NCBI GenBank assembly: GCA_965214405.1
Contig: OZ243956.1
Span: 992,001-1,056,000, forward strand
Source of the DNA: Trueperaceae bacterium
GTDB taxonomy: Bacteria > Deinococcota > Deinococci > Deinococcales > Trueperaceae
Direction of reading: 5' to 3'
DNA: 64,000 nucleotides
Shown: piece by piece, positions 17,710 to 27,693 of the stretch
How the letters are laid out: every line of letters begins with the position of its first letter
How positions within the stretch are numbered: the first letter of the stretch is position 1
Made by a program: the position numbers and the translations under genes
Notes under the pieces: model-generated
Told to the model about the DNA's origin: nothing
The model's input: the letters and a program-made list of their open reading frames with translations, nothing else
Database searches by the model: none

Positions 17710-18965
17710 CACTTAAACACCAACCGCAGCACCACCGCCACCACCAGCCCCAAGAGCGACAGAGGGATAAGCACCTTCCAGCATCCCTCCATAAGCTGGT
17801 CGTCACGAAAGCGCGGCAGCGTGGCGCGGACCCACATGATGAGCCAGGCGAGCACCGCGGTCTTGAGCAAAAACCAGAGCATCCCGTAGACGGACGCCAG
17901 AAAAACACCGAACGCGCCCCAGCCGCGCAACACCGTGGCGAAGTCCCACAGCCCGGCGAGGGGCTGCAAGTAGCCGCCGAAAAAGAGCACCACGGCGATG
18001 GCGGGCAAGAGGAACAATTCGCCAAACTCGGCGACGAAAAAGAAGCCGAAGCGCATCCCCGAGTATTCGGTGTGAAAACCCGCCACGAGTTCCGACTCGG
18101 CCTCGGGCAAGTCGAAGGGCGTCATCTTGATTTCGGCCAAGCTGGCGACGAGGTAGACCGCGGCGGAAATGAATAAAGGCACCGCCGTCCACCAAATCCG
18201 CTGCGACTCGACAATCGTCAGCAGATTGAGGCTCCCTACCCACACCGCCACGCTGAGGAGCGAGATGGACAGCGGGATTTCGTAGGAGATAAGCTGCGCC
18301 GCCCCGCGCAAACCGCCCAACAGCCCGAACTTGTTGTTGATGCTCCAGCCCGCCACCAGGACGCCGTAGGCCCCGAGCGTCCCCGCCGCGATGATAAAGA
18401 GCAGGCCGACGTTGAGGTTGGCGAGCACCCAGGTGGGCGCGAAGGGCACGATGGCGAGGAGCAAAAAGGCCGACACGAAGACCATCATGGGGGCTAGGGT
18501 GAAAACGAGGGCGTCGGCTCGAGCCGGTACAAAGTCCTCCTTGACCAAAAGCTTGACCGCGTCGGCGACGGTCTGGAACGCGCCGCCGGGGCCGTTGTGC
18601 AAGGGACCGTGGCGGTTTTGCACCCTCGCTAGGTACTTACGCAACGCCAGAATCAAGATAAGCGCCGCCACCGCCACCACGCCGAAAGAGAGCGCCGCGG
18701 CGAGCACGCCGTAGATGAGAATCCCGGCGGTGTTGAACACCCCATCCACCGCCAGCGGCGAATTCCGCAACGTGAGGAGCGCGGGCAGAACTGAGTAAGT
18801 AAGAATGAGGATGGCGATAAGCGCGAGGAAGAGGAGGCCGTAGCCCAGCACCTCGGAAAGCACGTTGGGCGTGGTCGGGTTGTAACCAACGCGCTTCAAG
18901 CGGTAGCGCCCATCCTTGGGAAGGGGCACACGCTTCATCGCGGGGCGGTTGTCTGGCGCAGCCAC
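17709..18965 (-). CDS. nuoH: NADH-quinone oxidoreductase subunit H (N-terminally extended)
   Basis: ADAVKLLVKED, AAQLISYEIP, PFDLPEAESELVAGFHTEYSG, RATLPRFR. Confidence 0.95.
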   Translation of the reverse strand: MAAPDNRPAMKRVPLPKDGRYRLKRVGYNPTTPNVLSEVLGYGLLFLALIAILILTYSVLPALLTLRNSPLAVDGVFNTAGILIYGVLAAALSFGVVAVAALILILALRKYLARVQNRHGPLHNGPGGAFQTVADAVKLLVKEDFVPARADALVFTLAPMMVFVSAFLLLAIVPFAPTWVLANLNVGLLFIIAAGTLGAYGVLVAGWSINNKFGLLGGLRGAAQLISYEIPLSISLLSVAVWVGSLNLLTIVESQRIWWTAVPLFISAAVYLVASLAEIKMTPFDLPEAESELVAGFHTEYSGMRFGFFFVAEFGELFLLPAIAVVLFFGGYLQPLAGLWDFATVLRGWGAFGVFLASVYGMLWFLLKTAVLAWLIMWVRATLPRFRDDQLMEGCWKVLIPLSLLGLVVAVVLRLVFK

Positions 18966-20113
18966 TAGCGGTCCACCTCTCCCAAGACGATGTCGATGGA
19001 GCCAAGGATGGCAATCACGTCGCTGAATTTTTGCCCCACGAACAAATCGGGGATGATTTGCAAATTCGTAAAGCTTGGGGAGCGGTGTTTCGAGCGATAG
19101 GGACCCACGCCGCCGTCGCTGTAGAGGTAAACGCCGAGCGCGCCCCGGCTCGCCTCGACGGCGCGGTAGCGTTGCGCTCCAGCCTCGAGCTTCACCCGCC
19201 CCCGCCCCACAAAAGGACCCGTTCGCGGCGCTTTATGGGCGCACTGTCTAATAAGGTCGATGCTCTGATAAAACTCGTCAAAACGCAGTCTCGAGCGCGC
19301 CCACGCGTCCCCCTCGGAACGGGTGAGGACCCGGAACTCGAGTTCCGGATACGCGTCATAGGGCTGATCCTTGCGCAAATCCAATCCCACCCCCGACGCG
19401 CGCAGGTTGGGGCCGCTGACGCCGTGGTTGACGGCAAGCTCTTTGGGAAGCACGCCGACGCCGACGGTGCGCGCTCTAAACACGGGCGCTTCTACGGTCA
19501 GGGCCTCATACTCCGGCAACACCGTCTCGAGATAATCCACGAACGCCACCACGTCCTCCCAGAAGTCGGGGTGAATATCACGCCGGACGCCGCCGAAGGT
19601 GAAATAGTTGGGCAGGAGCCGCGCGCCGCAGGTGCGTTCGATGATGTCGAGCGCCCGCTCGCGGTCACGAAAGGCGTACAAAAAGGGCGTAATCGCGCCC
19701 AAATCGAGCAGGTAAGTCCCAATCCAAACCAAGTGCGAGATGATGCGGTTGAGCTCGAACATCGCGGTGCGGATGAAGCGGGCGCGGATAGGTGTCTCGA
19801 TGCCGGAAAGCTCCTCCACCACCAGACAAAAGGCCAGCTCGTTCTGCAAACCCGACACGTAGTCCATCCGGTCAAGATAAGGAATCACCTGCGCGTAAGA
19901 GCGCGACTCCTCAATCTTCTCGTGGTTGCGATGCAAAAAGCCGATGTGCGGCACTGCCCGCGTGACCCGCTCGCCGTCCACGCCCAGTACGATTTTTAGC
20001 ACGCCGTGCGTCGCGGGATGCTGCGGCCCCAGGTTAACAATCATCTCGTCCGAGCGGCCAGGGACGGACTCGAGCGCCGTCGGCCCGCTCATCTGCGCAG
20101 CAGGAACGGTCAT
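18965..20113 (-). CDS. nuoD: NADH-quinone oxidoreductase subunit D
   Basis: NLGPQHPATHGVL, DRMDYVS, SIDIVLGEVDR; no NiFe CxxC pairs. Confidence 0.95.
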   Translation of the reverse strand: MTVPAAQMSGPTALESVPGRSDEMIVNLGPQHPATHGVLKIVLGVDGERVTRAVPHIGFLHRNHEKIEESRSYAQVIPYLDRMDYVSGLQNELAFCLVVEELSGIETPIRARFIRTAMFELNRIISHLVWIGTYLLDLGAITPFLYAFRDRERALDIIERTCGARLLPNYFTFGGVRRDIHPDFWEDVVAFVDYLETVLPEYEALTVEAPVFRARTVGVGVLPKELAVNHGVSGPNLRASGVGLDLRKDQPYDAYPELEFRVLTRSEGDAWARSRLRFDEFYQSIDLIRQCAHKAPRTGPFVGRGRVKLEAGAQRYRAVEASRGALGVYLYSDGGVGPYRSKHRSPSFTNLQIIPDLFVGQKFSDVIAILGSIDIVLGEVDR

Positions 20114-21723
20114 GGGGTCTCCTCTTGCGCCAGGGCTCGAGCCTGCTCGCGCCACGCGTCGCGGGTGATGCGGCCTCTAAATTTCATCTTTTCCTCGAGT
20201 TCCTCCACCTGTTCGTCGGAGAGCGCGGCAAGCTGCGCGAAGGTGGTGATACCGGCCTCCTTTAGCTTTTGCTCATACGCAGGGCCGATGCCCTTGATGC
20301 GGGTGAGGTCGTCGGTAGAAGATTCTTCTGTGGTGGTTGGCAACTCTGCTCGAGGCTCAGCAGACTCCTCGGCGGCAGGCGCTTGAATTTTCGCGGTTGA
20401 CGCCTCCGCTTTTTCACGCTCAACCATAGAACGTTCCGGCGTCTCCTGCGGCGTTGCGTTTTGGGGCGTTTCGGTGCTCTCACCTTGCAACGCCCGCGCC
20501 TCCTCCCGCCACCTTTCGATGGCTTTGGGGGTTTTAAGACCGAGGGTAGCGGCAAGAGGTTCTAACGCCTCATCTTCCAAATTTGCCAGTTGAGAGAGCG
20601 CAGTCACGCCCCCCGCTTGCAGCTTGGCGGCGTACGTTGCGTTCAAAGACCGCACCTCATTTAGTTCCTCGCCCCGCTTCGGTATTACTTCTTGCGGAGC
20701 CGAAACAGACGCGGCCTGTGGGGCGGGTTGCGCTTGCTGGAGGGCTCGAGCCTCCTCCCGCCACTTTTGCAGAGGTTTGGAGGATTTCAGGCCCATCTCT
20801 CCGGCAAGCGTCTCCAGCGCGTCGTCCGAGAGCGCCGCGAGTTGAGAGAGGGTGGTGATTTTTTGGTCTTGCAGTTTAGCCATGTAGTTTGCACTTAGGG
20901 AACGAATTTGGGCGAGGTCTCCGTTAGAAGATGCTACCTCACTTTGGGACCCGGCCTCCTCGAGCCGCGTCCTCGCCCCGTCACGCCACTTTTGTACGGC
21001 TGCGGGGGATTTGAGGCCGAGGGTGGTGGATAAGGGCTCGAGCCGTTCGTCCGTAAGCGCCGCCAAAGCTTCAAGACTCATAATCCCTTGCTCCTGAAGC
21101 TTGGCCGCATAGTTCGCATTGAGTGCGCGGATGTCTGTTAGTGCCGTACCCGATTTCTCCTCTGCGGATTTCGTCTCAGTGGATTTTGCCGCAGCTTCCT
21201 TGGCTTTAGCCGCCTCCGCCGCCTTGTGCTCACTTTCCGCCTTCTCCCGCTCCTCCGCCTCCCAGTCGGGCCAAGGCTCAGGCACCCAGGTCGGAATGAG
21301 GTAGCCGCCCGTGTCGTAACGGCGCTGCAACGGGTGGATGGTCCAGTCGTCTTCTAACAGAATGCGGCGCAGATCGGGGTGTCCGTCGAAATGGATGCCC
21401 AGCAGGTCGTAAGCCTCGCGCTCGTGCCACTCGAGCCCACCCCAGAGGTCGGTCAAAGTCGGCACCTGCGGCGCGTCGTAGGGTACGTCCAGCCACAGCG
21501 TCACCTCGGCCCCATCGTCTAAGCGGCGCAGGTTGACAACCGTGCGCAGCCCGTACTCCATGTCCACGCCCGACAAGCACTGCGGGAAGTCGTAACCCGC
21601 CTCGAAGAAGCGTTCGCAGAGGGTGCGATAGGCGTTGCCGTCTTCTAGGTGATGCACGGTTTCAAAACCCAGCGTAAGCGTTCGCAGGGTAGGAAGGTCG
21701 TCAAGCGAAACGTCAGTGCTCAC
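20110..21723 (-). CDS. nuoC: NuoC with a long C-terminal extension of four HhH-like domains
   Basis: WHEREAYDLLGIHFDGHPDLRRILL...HPL NuoC signature followed by four ~60-aa repeats. Confidence 0.9.
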   Translation of the reverse strand: MSTDVSLDDLPTLRTLTLGFETVHHLEDGNAYRTLCERFFEAGYDFPQCLSGVDMEYGLRTVVNLRRLDDGAEVTLWLDVPYDAPQVPTLTDLWGGLEWHEREAYDLLGIHFDGHPDLRRILLEDDWTIHPLQRRYDTGGYLIPTWVPEPWPDWEAEEREKAESEHKAAEAAKAKEAAAKSTETKSAEEKSGTALTDIRALNANYAAKLQEQGIMSLEALAALTDERLEPLSTTLGLKSPAAVQKWRDGARTRLEEAGSQSEVASSNGDLAQIRSLSANYMAKLQDQKITTLSQLAALSDDALETLAGEMGLKSSKPLQKWREEARALQQAQPAPQAASVSAPQEVIPKRGEELNEVRSLNATYAAKLQAGGVTALSQLANLEDEALEPLAATLGLKTPKAIERWREEARALQGESTETPQNATPQETPERSMVEREKAEASTAKIQAPAAEESAEPRAELPTTTEESSTDDLTRIKGIGPAYEQKLKEAGITTFAQLAALSDEQVEELEEKMKFRGRITRDAWREQARALAQEETP

Positions 21724-21761
21724 ACGTCACCGTTGACTCTGGATTCCCGGCTTCTCTCATC

Positions 21762-22313
21762 CTAACCGTGCTGCCTGCCGTCTTTGCCGGGCTCCGCCAG
21801 CGGGTCAAAATCCGCCTCCATCAGCGTGCCGGGGACGTAGCGCAACTCGGGGTCGGCGATTTTGTCGCGCAAGAGGAGCATCGCTTGCAGCAGCGCTTCG
21901 GGGCGGGGCGGGCAGCCGGGAACGTACACGTCCACGGGGATGATTTTATCGACGCCCTCTAAGACACTGTAGCCCTGCCGAAAGGGTCCGCCCTGATTCG
22001 CGCACGCGCCCATCGAGATGACCCATCTGGGCTCAGCCATCTGCTCGTAAAGGACGCGCACGCGCTTGCCTAGTTTTTTATTCACCGTGCCCGAGACGAT
22101 CATCACGTCCGCCTGCCGGGGCGTGTTGCGGTAGAAAAAGCCGAAGCGGTCGGCGTCGTAGCGCGTGGCGGATGAGTTCATCATTTCAATCGCGCAGCAG
22201 GCGATGCCGAAAGTAAGGGGCCACATCGAACGGCTCCGCGCCAAGTTGATAAGGTCGTCGAGTTTGCCCAGGATGATGTTGTCGGGGCGGCGCTCTTTGC
22301 CTAGTAGACCCAC
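21762..22313 (-). CDS. nuoB: NADH-quinone oxidoreductase subunit B
   Basis: [24 protein letters not shown]. Confidence 0.96.
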   Translation of the reverse strand: MGLLGKERRPDNIILGKLDDLINLARSRSMWPLTFGIACCAIEMMNSSATRYDADRFGFFYRNTPRQADVMIVSGTVNKKLGKRVRVLYEQMAEPRWVISMGACANQGGPFRQGYSVLEGVDKIIPVDVYVPGCPPRPEALLQAMLLLRDKIADPELRYVPGTLMEADFDPLAEPGKDGRQHG

Positions 22314-22675
22314 TTGAGCACTCCCTTCATCCAGGCGTAGGCAAGACCTTCTAAAAGCAAGAGCAAAAAGAGCCCCACCGCCACCACGCCGTACATGCCC
22401 AAGGCGTCAAAGGCGACCGCCCAGGGGAAAAAGAAGGCCACCTCCACGTCGAAAATCACAAACATGATGGCGAAAAGGTAGTAAGACACGCTGAACTGCA
22501 CGTCGGTCCCGCCGAAGGGGATCTCGCCGCACTCGTAGACGGCCAGCTTGGTCTCGCTCATGTTGTGAGGTGCCAAGAGCCGCGCAACGCCCAACGTCGC
22601 CAGCACGATAGCCGCGCCTACCACGACGAACAGCCCCACATAGAGCGCGCCCGTTAGCTCGAGCCCGTAATTCAC
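22301..22675 (-). CDS. nuoA: NADH-quinone oxidoreductase subunit A
   Basis: YECGE, FVIFDVE, KGVLKW. Confidence 0.95.
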   Translation of the reverse strand: MNYGLELTGALYVGLFVVVGAAIVLATLGVARLLAPHNMSETKLAVYECGEIPFGGTDVQFSVSYYLFAIMFVIFDVEVAFFFPWAVAFDALGMYGVVAVGLFLLLLLEGLAYAWMKGVLKWVY

Positions 22676-22929
22676 ACTTTCCCCCTTAATTTCCTCTGCG
22701 TCAGGTTTACTTCCACGTCGCGCCTCTCTTTCATGCGCCTTACCAAAAGGTTTGTAGAGCCATCTTACCGCCTCGAGCCGCCCTTACTCACGGATACGCC
22801 GAAGAAACCAAAGAACAAAAACAGTAGCACGTGAAAAAATCCACATCGGGGCGTGAGCATGGCAAAAATGAGCGCGGGTCTCCCTCTTCTCAGCAAGGTG
22901 TGCAAGTGCTGTGTTACACTCCCTCCAAG

Positions 22930-24729
22930 GTGAGAAAGAGAATTTTTATACTTCTATTCATGCTCGGTTTCGTTTCTGCGGCGTTTTCCGTGGCGTTTGC
23001 CAGTGCGCCGGAGTGCATCAACCATATCGCGGTCAACGGCGAACTCCTCGAGGGTGACGGCTTTTTGGGTCAGTCGGCCTGCTACTTTACCGCTTACGGG
23101 AACTCGCGCGACGCGTTCACCAAAGCCTCGGTGCTCGCCAAGGCGATGGAGCTTGAGCTCACGTGGGAAGCGGAGAGTAAAACACTTGTATTTGAGAGCA
23201 GTGACACCACCGTCCGTCTCAAAACCACCGATGACGCGTTAGTGGGGCTCGAGCGCCACGACGACGCGCTGACGGTAAACGGCGCGCCCTTTCGCGCGGT
23301 GCCGGAGGGGATTTTGGTGGAGGGCTCGAGCTGGGTGCCGGTCGGCTCGATTGCGGACGCGTTCGGCGCGGACACGAGCACGAAGCGCGACTTGGGTCTC
23401 ATCCTCATCGAGACCGCGCCGCAGCCTGCGGCCTCCCCTGTTACGGCGCAGGTCACAACGGCGAGAGAAATGGGCGCGGACACAAGTCAAAACTCGAGCC
23501 AAGACGTGAGCCAAACGGACGCGTCTCCCGCAGCCCCTACAACAGCCCCTACAACAGCTCCTGCGGATAGCACCGGGGAAGCCGCGGGAGGATTTACGGG
23601 ATTTACGGTGGCGGCTCCCGACGTGGGCGTTTACGACGGCTACACCCGCGTCGCGCTCTCTCTGCCGCCGGACGCCGCCTACCGCGTGGCGGTTTTTGAC
23701 GCGACGATGGTGATTACGTTGCCCGGCGGGCGGGCGGACGCGGGCGCTCTGTCCGGCGAGAGCGCGCAGGTCAAGAGCCTACGCTACAGCAGCGTAGACG
23801 GAACGCTGGCGCTCGTTATCGGCACGACTTACCCCCTCGGCGCGGACGGACACGGCTACCAGGTGGGTTATTTAGCCGCCGACGAGACCAGGTCACAGGC
23901 GCGGCTTTATATCGACTTCGGCCCCGACTTGCAGGGCCAGAGCGTGACGGGACTCCGCCAGGCTCCCGCCGAAAACGTCGTGGCTGGGAAGGTGGCCGAG
24001 AAAGTGGCCGAGAAACCTGCCGCCAAACCCAAGGTGGTGGTGCTCGACCCGGGGCACGGCGGCAAATGGGCGGGCGCGCGCAACGCTGCCGACACCGTTC
24101 AAGAAGAGGTTGTGGTGCTGGCCATCGCCTATAAGGTCAAGGGGCTGCTCGAGCGTAGCGGCGTCGAGGTCGTGATGACCCGCACCGCCAACGTTCAGCT
24201 TAGCAACAACTATGACGGCGACCTCGTCGCCCGCGCGGGCCTCGCCACCACCGCCCGCAACGTGTTCGTATCCATCCACGCCAACGCGGGACCCCCAAGC
24301 GCCCACGGCATTGAGACGTTTGTCTACGGGCAACCCCTGGACGAAGCCACGCTTCAGGCCGCCATTCGTGAAAACGGGGGCGGCGCGGTAGGGCGCGCCG
24401 TCACGCAAGACGTGCTTGCCACCGTCAGCACCATGCAAGGCGACTTGGTCGCGCAAGAAACGCTCAAGTTTTCTCGCGCGCTGGCCGAGTCGGTGCAGTT
24501 TCACTTAGTAAGCGAAACAGGAGCCAGGGACAGAGGCGTCAAGCAGGCTCCCTACCGCGTCCTTACCCAGGCGCGCATTCCGGCTATTTTGATAGAAACG
24601 GGTTTTGTCAGCAACCACGAAGAAGGCTCCAACCTTACTTCCGAGGCGTACCAAAACAGGCTCGCCGAGGGCATCGCGGCGGGTATTCTGGGGTTTTTCG
24701 ACACCAACGGCTCCGTCGCCGCCCGGTAG
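22930..24729 (+). CDS. N-acetylmuramoyl-L-alanine amidase (Amidase_3), exported, multi-domain
   Basis: VLDPGHGG, FVSIHANA, ILIETGFVSN; signal peptide from GTG 22930 (MRKRIFILLF) following TGTTACACT. Confidence 0.88.
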   Translation: MRKRIFILLFMLGFVSAAFSVAFASAPECINHIAVNGELLEGDGFLGQSACYFTAYGNSRDAFTKASVLAKAMELELTWEAESKTLVFESSDTTVRLKTTDDALVGLERHDDALTVNGAPFRAVPEGILVEGSSWVPVGSIADAFGADTSTKRDLGLILIETAPQPAASPVTAQVTTAREMGADTSQNSSQDVSQTDASPAAPTTAPTTAPADSTGEAAGGFTGFTVAAPDVGVYDGYTRVALSLPPDAAYRVAVFDATMVITLPGGRADAGALSGESAQVKSLRYSSVDGTLALVIGTTYPLGADGHGYQVGYLAADETRSQARLYIDFGPDLQGQSVTGLRQAPAENVVAGKVAEKVAEKPAAKPKVVVLDPGHGGKWAGARNAADTVQEEVVVLAIAYKVKGLLERSGVEVVMTRTANVQLSNNYDGDLVARAGLATTARNVFVSIHANAGPPSAHGIETFVYGQPLDEATLQAAIRENGGGAVGRAVTQDVLATVSTMQGDLVAQETLKFSRALAESVQFHLVSETGARDRGVKQAPYRVLTQARIPAILIETGFVSNHEEGSNLTSEAYQNRLAEGIAAGILGFFDTNGSVAAR

Positions 24730-24795
24730 TGAGGCGAGTGGGAAGCGGATAGTGGCTAGTGAAGCGTAAAGCCGGACGCTGCTTCTTAGAAACTA

Positions 24796-25715
24796 GGGTC
24801 TGTCTGACTAATCAAAGCCAGAGGATGATGGAGGCGAGGAGCACACCAGCACGGTAGTTTCTGCCGCGTTTGTCGTAGCGGGTGGCAACGGCGCGAAAGT
24901 CTTTAAGTCGGTTGATGCAGCGTTCGACCACGTTACGTCCTTTGTAGGCTTGCTTATCGAAAGCAGGAGGTCGTCCACCTTTTGTGCCCTTAGACAAGCG
25001 AGACTTCTTGGCATCTTCGCGCTCGGGGCTGATACAGATGATGCCCCTGCGCCTTAGTATCTTCCGCTGCTTGTTGAAACCATAAGCGCGGTCGAGTCTA
25101 AGCTGAGGGGGGCGCTTACGCGGTCGCCCTCTGCCAAGGCGGGGCACATAAATCTCGTCCAAGACCGGCTCTAGCCAAGCGGCGTCGTTGCGCTGTCCCG
25201 CCGTGATGACCACGGACAGGGGTCGCACTTTGCCGTCCGCGCAGGTATGCACCTTGCTGGTGTGGCCTCCGCGTGAGTGTCCCAGCCACTCGTCTGCTAA
25301 GGTCCCCTTTTTTCACCCTCAGCAGGCCGCTTCCTCGCCCCGCTGGCGCTGCGGTGCGCTTTAATATGAGAGCTGTCTAACGCTGCGCCGTCCCAATCAA
25401 TCTCACCCGCCGCATCGGCGTGAGCTTGAAGCCTGTGCAGGATGCGCTTCCAGACACCGTTGCGCTCCCACCTCGTGAAGCGGTCCCAGCAGGTCTGCCA
25501 AGGTCCGTAGCGTTCAGGAACGTCGCGCCAGGGAGCGCCTGTTTTCAAGCGCCACGAAATGCCGTTGATGACCTGTCGGTGGTTGCGGTAGTTGTGACCC
25601 CGTTGGGGATTGGGGGGTAGATGCGGTTTTAGTGCTTGCCACTGCTGCTCTTTTAGGTCTGTTCGTGCCATACGCCTACCCTAAACCATCTTCATCCCTT
25701 CTGTCAGACAGACCC
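24796..25715 (-). mobile_element. IS5-family insertion sequence inserted at CTAG
   Basis: Perfect terminal IR GGGTCTGTCTGAC/GTCAGACAGACCC flanked by CTA/TAG; two-ORF transposase. Confidence 0.92.
24812..25671 (-). CDS. IS5-family transposase, ORFA 25297-25671 plus ORFB, likely joined by programmed frameshift
   Basis: [69 protein letters not shown] slippery site near the ORFA end. Confidence 0.9.
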
Positions 25716-25747
25716 TAGCAAATTTAACAATGTTTTAGAAAGGCCCA

Positions 25748-26203
25748 ATGGCAGAGAAACCCGCAGCAGCGTCACCACAGCTTGAAAAGAAACCCGTCAG
25801 GGGTGCGGGAGGCGTGGTGTTTAACGCTCGAGGCGACGTTCTCCTGCTCCATCACATAGGCGGCGACTGGGTGTTCCCAAAAGGCCACATCGACGCGGGT
25901 GAGGGCGTGTTGGGGGCCGCCCTACGCGAAGTCGAGGAGGAGGCGGGCGTCCGCGCGACCTGCCCCGACGAGACCGCGACCCGGACCACGCGCTACACCA
26001 ACCCGCGTGGGCAGGCGCGCCTCATCACCTGGTTTCTGCTCCTGACCAAGGCCACGGAACCCGTGTTGCGCGAACGGCTATTCCCCGAGGGCGGCTTTTT
26101 TGCTCCCGACGAAGCCCTGCGCCGCCTCTCTTTTGAGGAGGACCGGGCGCTTTTAAGGGAGATGCTGGACCAGCATCTCTCCAAGTGGCGCGAACGGGCG
26201 TGA
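25748..26203 (+). CDS. NUDIX hydrolase
   Basis: PKGHIDAGEGVLGAALREVEEEAG Nudix box. Confidence 0.9.
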   Translation: MAEKPAAASPQLEKKPVRGAGGVVFNARGDVLLLHHIGGDWVFPKGHIDAGEGVLGAALREVEEEAGVRATCPDETATRTTRYTNPRGQARLITWFLLLTKATEPVLRERLFPEGGFFAPDEALRRLSFEEDRALLREMLDQHLSKWRERA

Positions 26204-26313
26204 GGAGTCTATACAGGCAAACCGCACCCCCGCAAAATCCGGTCTAAACTTCTCACGTCTTAAACCCGGTATACTCGAAGCGTCTGAAACGGCCCTAAGG
26301 CCGGGGGAGTGGT

Positions 26314-27693
26314 GTGCCAGAACGTCCTATAACAACCTACACAGAACCTTACACCGACGAAATTTCACTGCGCGACCTTTATCTTATTCTCAAACGGGGC
26401 CTGCCCTTTATTATCGGCTTGGCGCTCGTGGCGGGGCTCGCGGCGTTTGTTATTTCAAGCCTCTTGCCCAAAGTTTACGAAGCGCAGAGCACCACCTTGG
26501 TCACGCCGCCGCCCGTGCGGGTTAGCGAGTCGGGGACGCTCTCGTTCGAGCCCGACGTCAACATTTCGTTCGAATCCTACGAAACCCTGGCGCTGAGCCA
26601 GCCGGTGCTCGAGGCGGCGGTCGAGGCGGTCCCCGAGGCGGGGCTCACGGCGAGCGGGTTGCGCGGGGCGGGGGGCGTAGACCGGCTTCTGGGACCACAG
26701 CCCAATCCGGCCTCGCCCCTCTCGGTCACGCACGCGGTCAGGAGCACGGACCCCGGCTTTGCTGCGGCGCTCGCCAACGCGTGGGCAGAGCGTACCTTGG
26801 ACACGGTGCGGACCTCGCTTTTAGCCACGCTGGACCCGGCGGAAAACGCCACGAACGCCGAACTCGCTAATTTGCGCGCGCGTTTGGAAGAGGCGGAGGG
26901 GGCGCTCGAGACGTTTGACGCGAGCGACACCAGCCTCGTCTTGACTCAGGACGTCACGCGCCTCACCGAAGCGATTTCCGATGCGGAGGGGGAGCTCGTG
27001 CCGCTGCCCGGTGTGAGCGACTTGCCGACGACCGACTTGGTCAACGCGCCGAAACTCAATCTAGCGCAAGAAATCGCCGCCAACGAGGCGCTACTGGCGA
27101 GTTTGCGGGCGCAGAGCGGGGCTGGACAAGCTGGGACCGGGCAGGATTTGGGAGAGCAAATCGCGCTTCGTGAGGCGCTACTAGCGAGCTTGAGAAGCAG
27201 GCGCGCACTTCTGGCGCAACAAGTTGAAAGCTACCGCCGCGACTTTGGCGCGGCGCAGGCGGAACTTGCGGCCTTGGCGCGGGAACGCGCGACGCTCGAG
27301 CGCAACTTAAACAACGCCCGCACCGCCTACCAGAATGTCGCGGCGCTCCAACCGACCATCGCCTACGTCGCGCAACTCGCCCCGTCGGGCGCGCGTTTGC
27401 TAAGCGAGGCCGCGGTGCCCGCCGAACCCGTGGGGCCGCGGCGGGGGCTTAACACTGCGCTGGCGCTCGTGTTGGGCGGCGTGCTGGGGCTGCTTTTCGT
27501 TTTTCTGCGCGAGGCCGTGTCTGCTAAAGATACCGGCAGAGACGCGCCCAAAAACGCGCGCGAAGAGGGCGGGTCAGAAGGCTCGCCGGTACGCTCCCCC
27601 ACGGTGTATAGCGCGCCAGAAGGGCCGCACGCCCAAGAGGGCGCTCAAGCCAATGCTCAAACGGCGTCGCCATCCCAGCTAGAGGTTAAATAA
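26314..27693 (+). CDS. wzz: Wzz/GumC-type polysaccharide chain-length determinant
   Basis: DEISLRDL, N- and C-terminal TM, coiled coil, PAEPVGPRR. Confidence 0.85.
   Translation: MPERPITTYTEPYTDEISLRDLYLILKRGLPFIIGLALVAGLAAFVISSLLPKVYEAQSTTLVTPPPVRVSESGTLSFEPDVNISFESYETLALSQPVLEAAVEAVPEAGLTASGLRGAGGVDRLLGPQPNPASPLSVTHAVRSTDPGFAAALANAWAERTLDTVRTSLLATLDPAENATNAELANLRARLEEAEGALETFDASDTSLVLTQDVTRLTEAISDAEGELVPLPGVSDLPTTDLVNAPKLNLAQEIAANEALLASLRAQSGAGQAGTGQDLGEQIALREALLASLRSRRALLAQQVESYRRDFGAAQAELAALARERATLERNLNNARTAYQNVAALQPTIAYVAQLAPSGARLLSEAAVPAEPVGPRRGLNTALALVLGGVLGLLFVFLREAVSAKDTGRDAPKNAREEGGSEGSPVRSPTVYSAPEGPHAQEGAQANAQTASPSQLEVK

Noticed and set aside
18965..20113. NuoD-like protein as a NiFe hydrogenase large subunit
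   Set aside because: Both CxxC motifs are absent and the C-terminus is the NuoD-type GEVDR.
26216..26249. GGCAAACC...CGCAAAA.TCCGGTCTAAAC resembling a c-di-GMP-I riboswitch upstream of wzz
   Set aside because: No GNRA-capped P2 stem or matching 3' strand, and it lies upstream of the likely TATACT -10. An Rfam scan would settle it.
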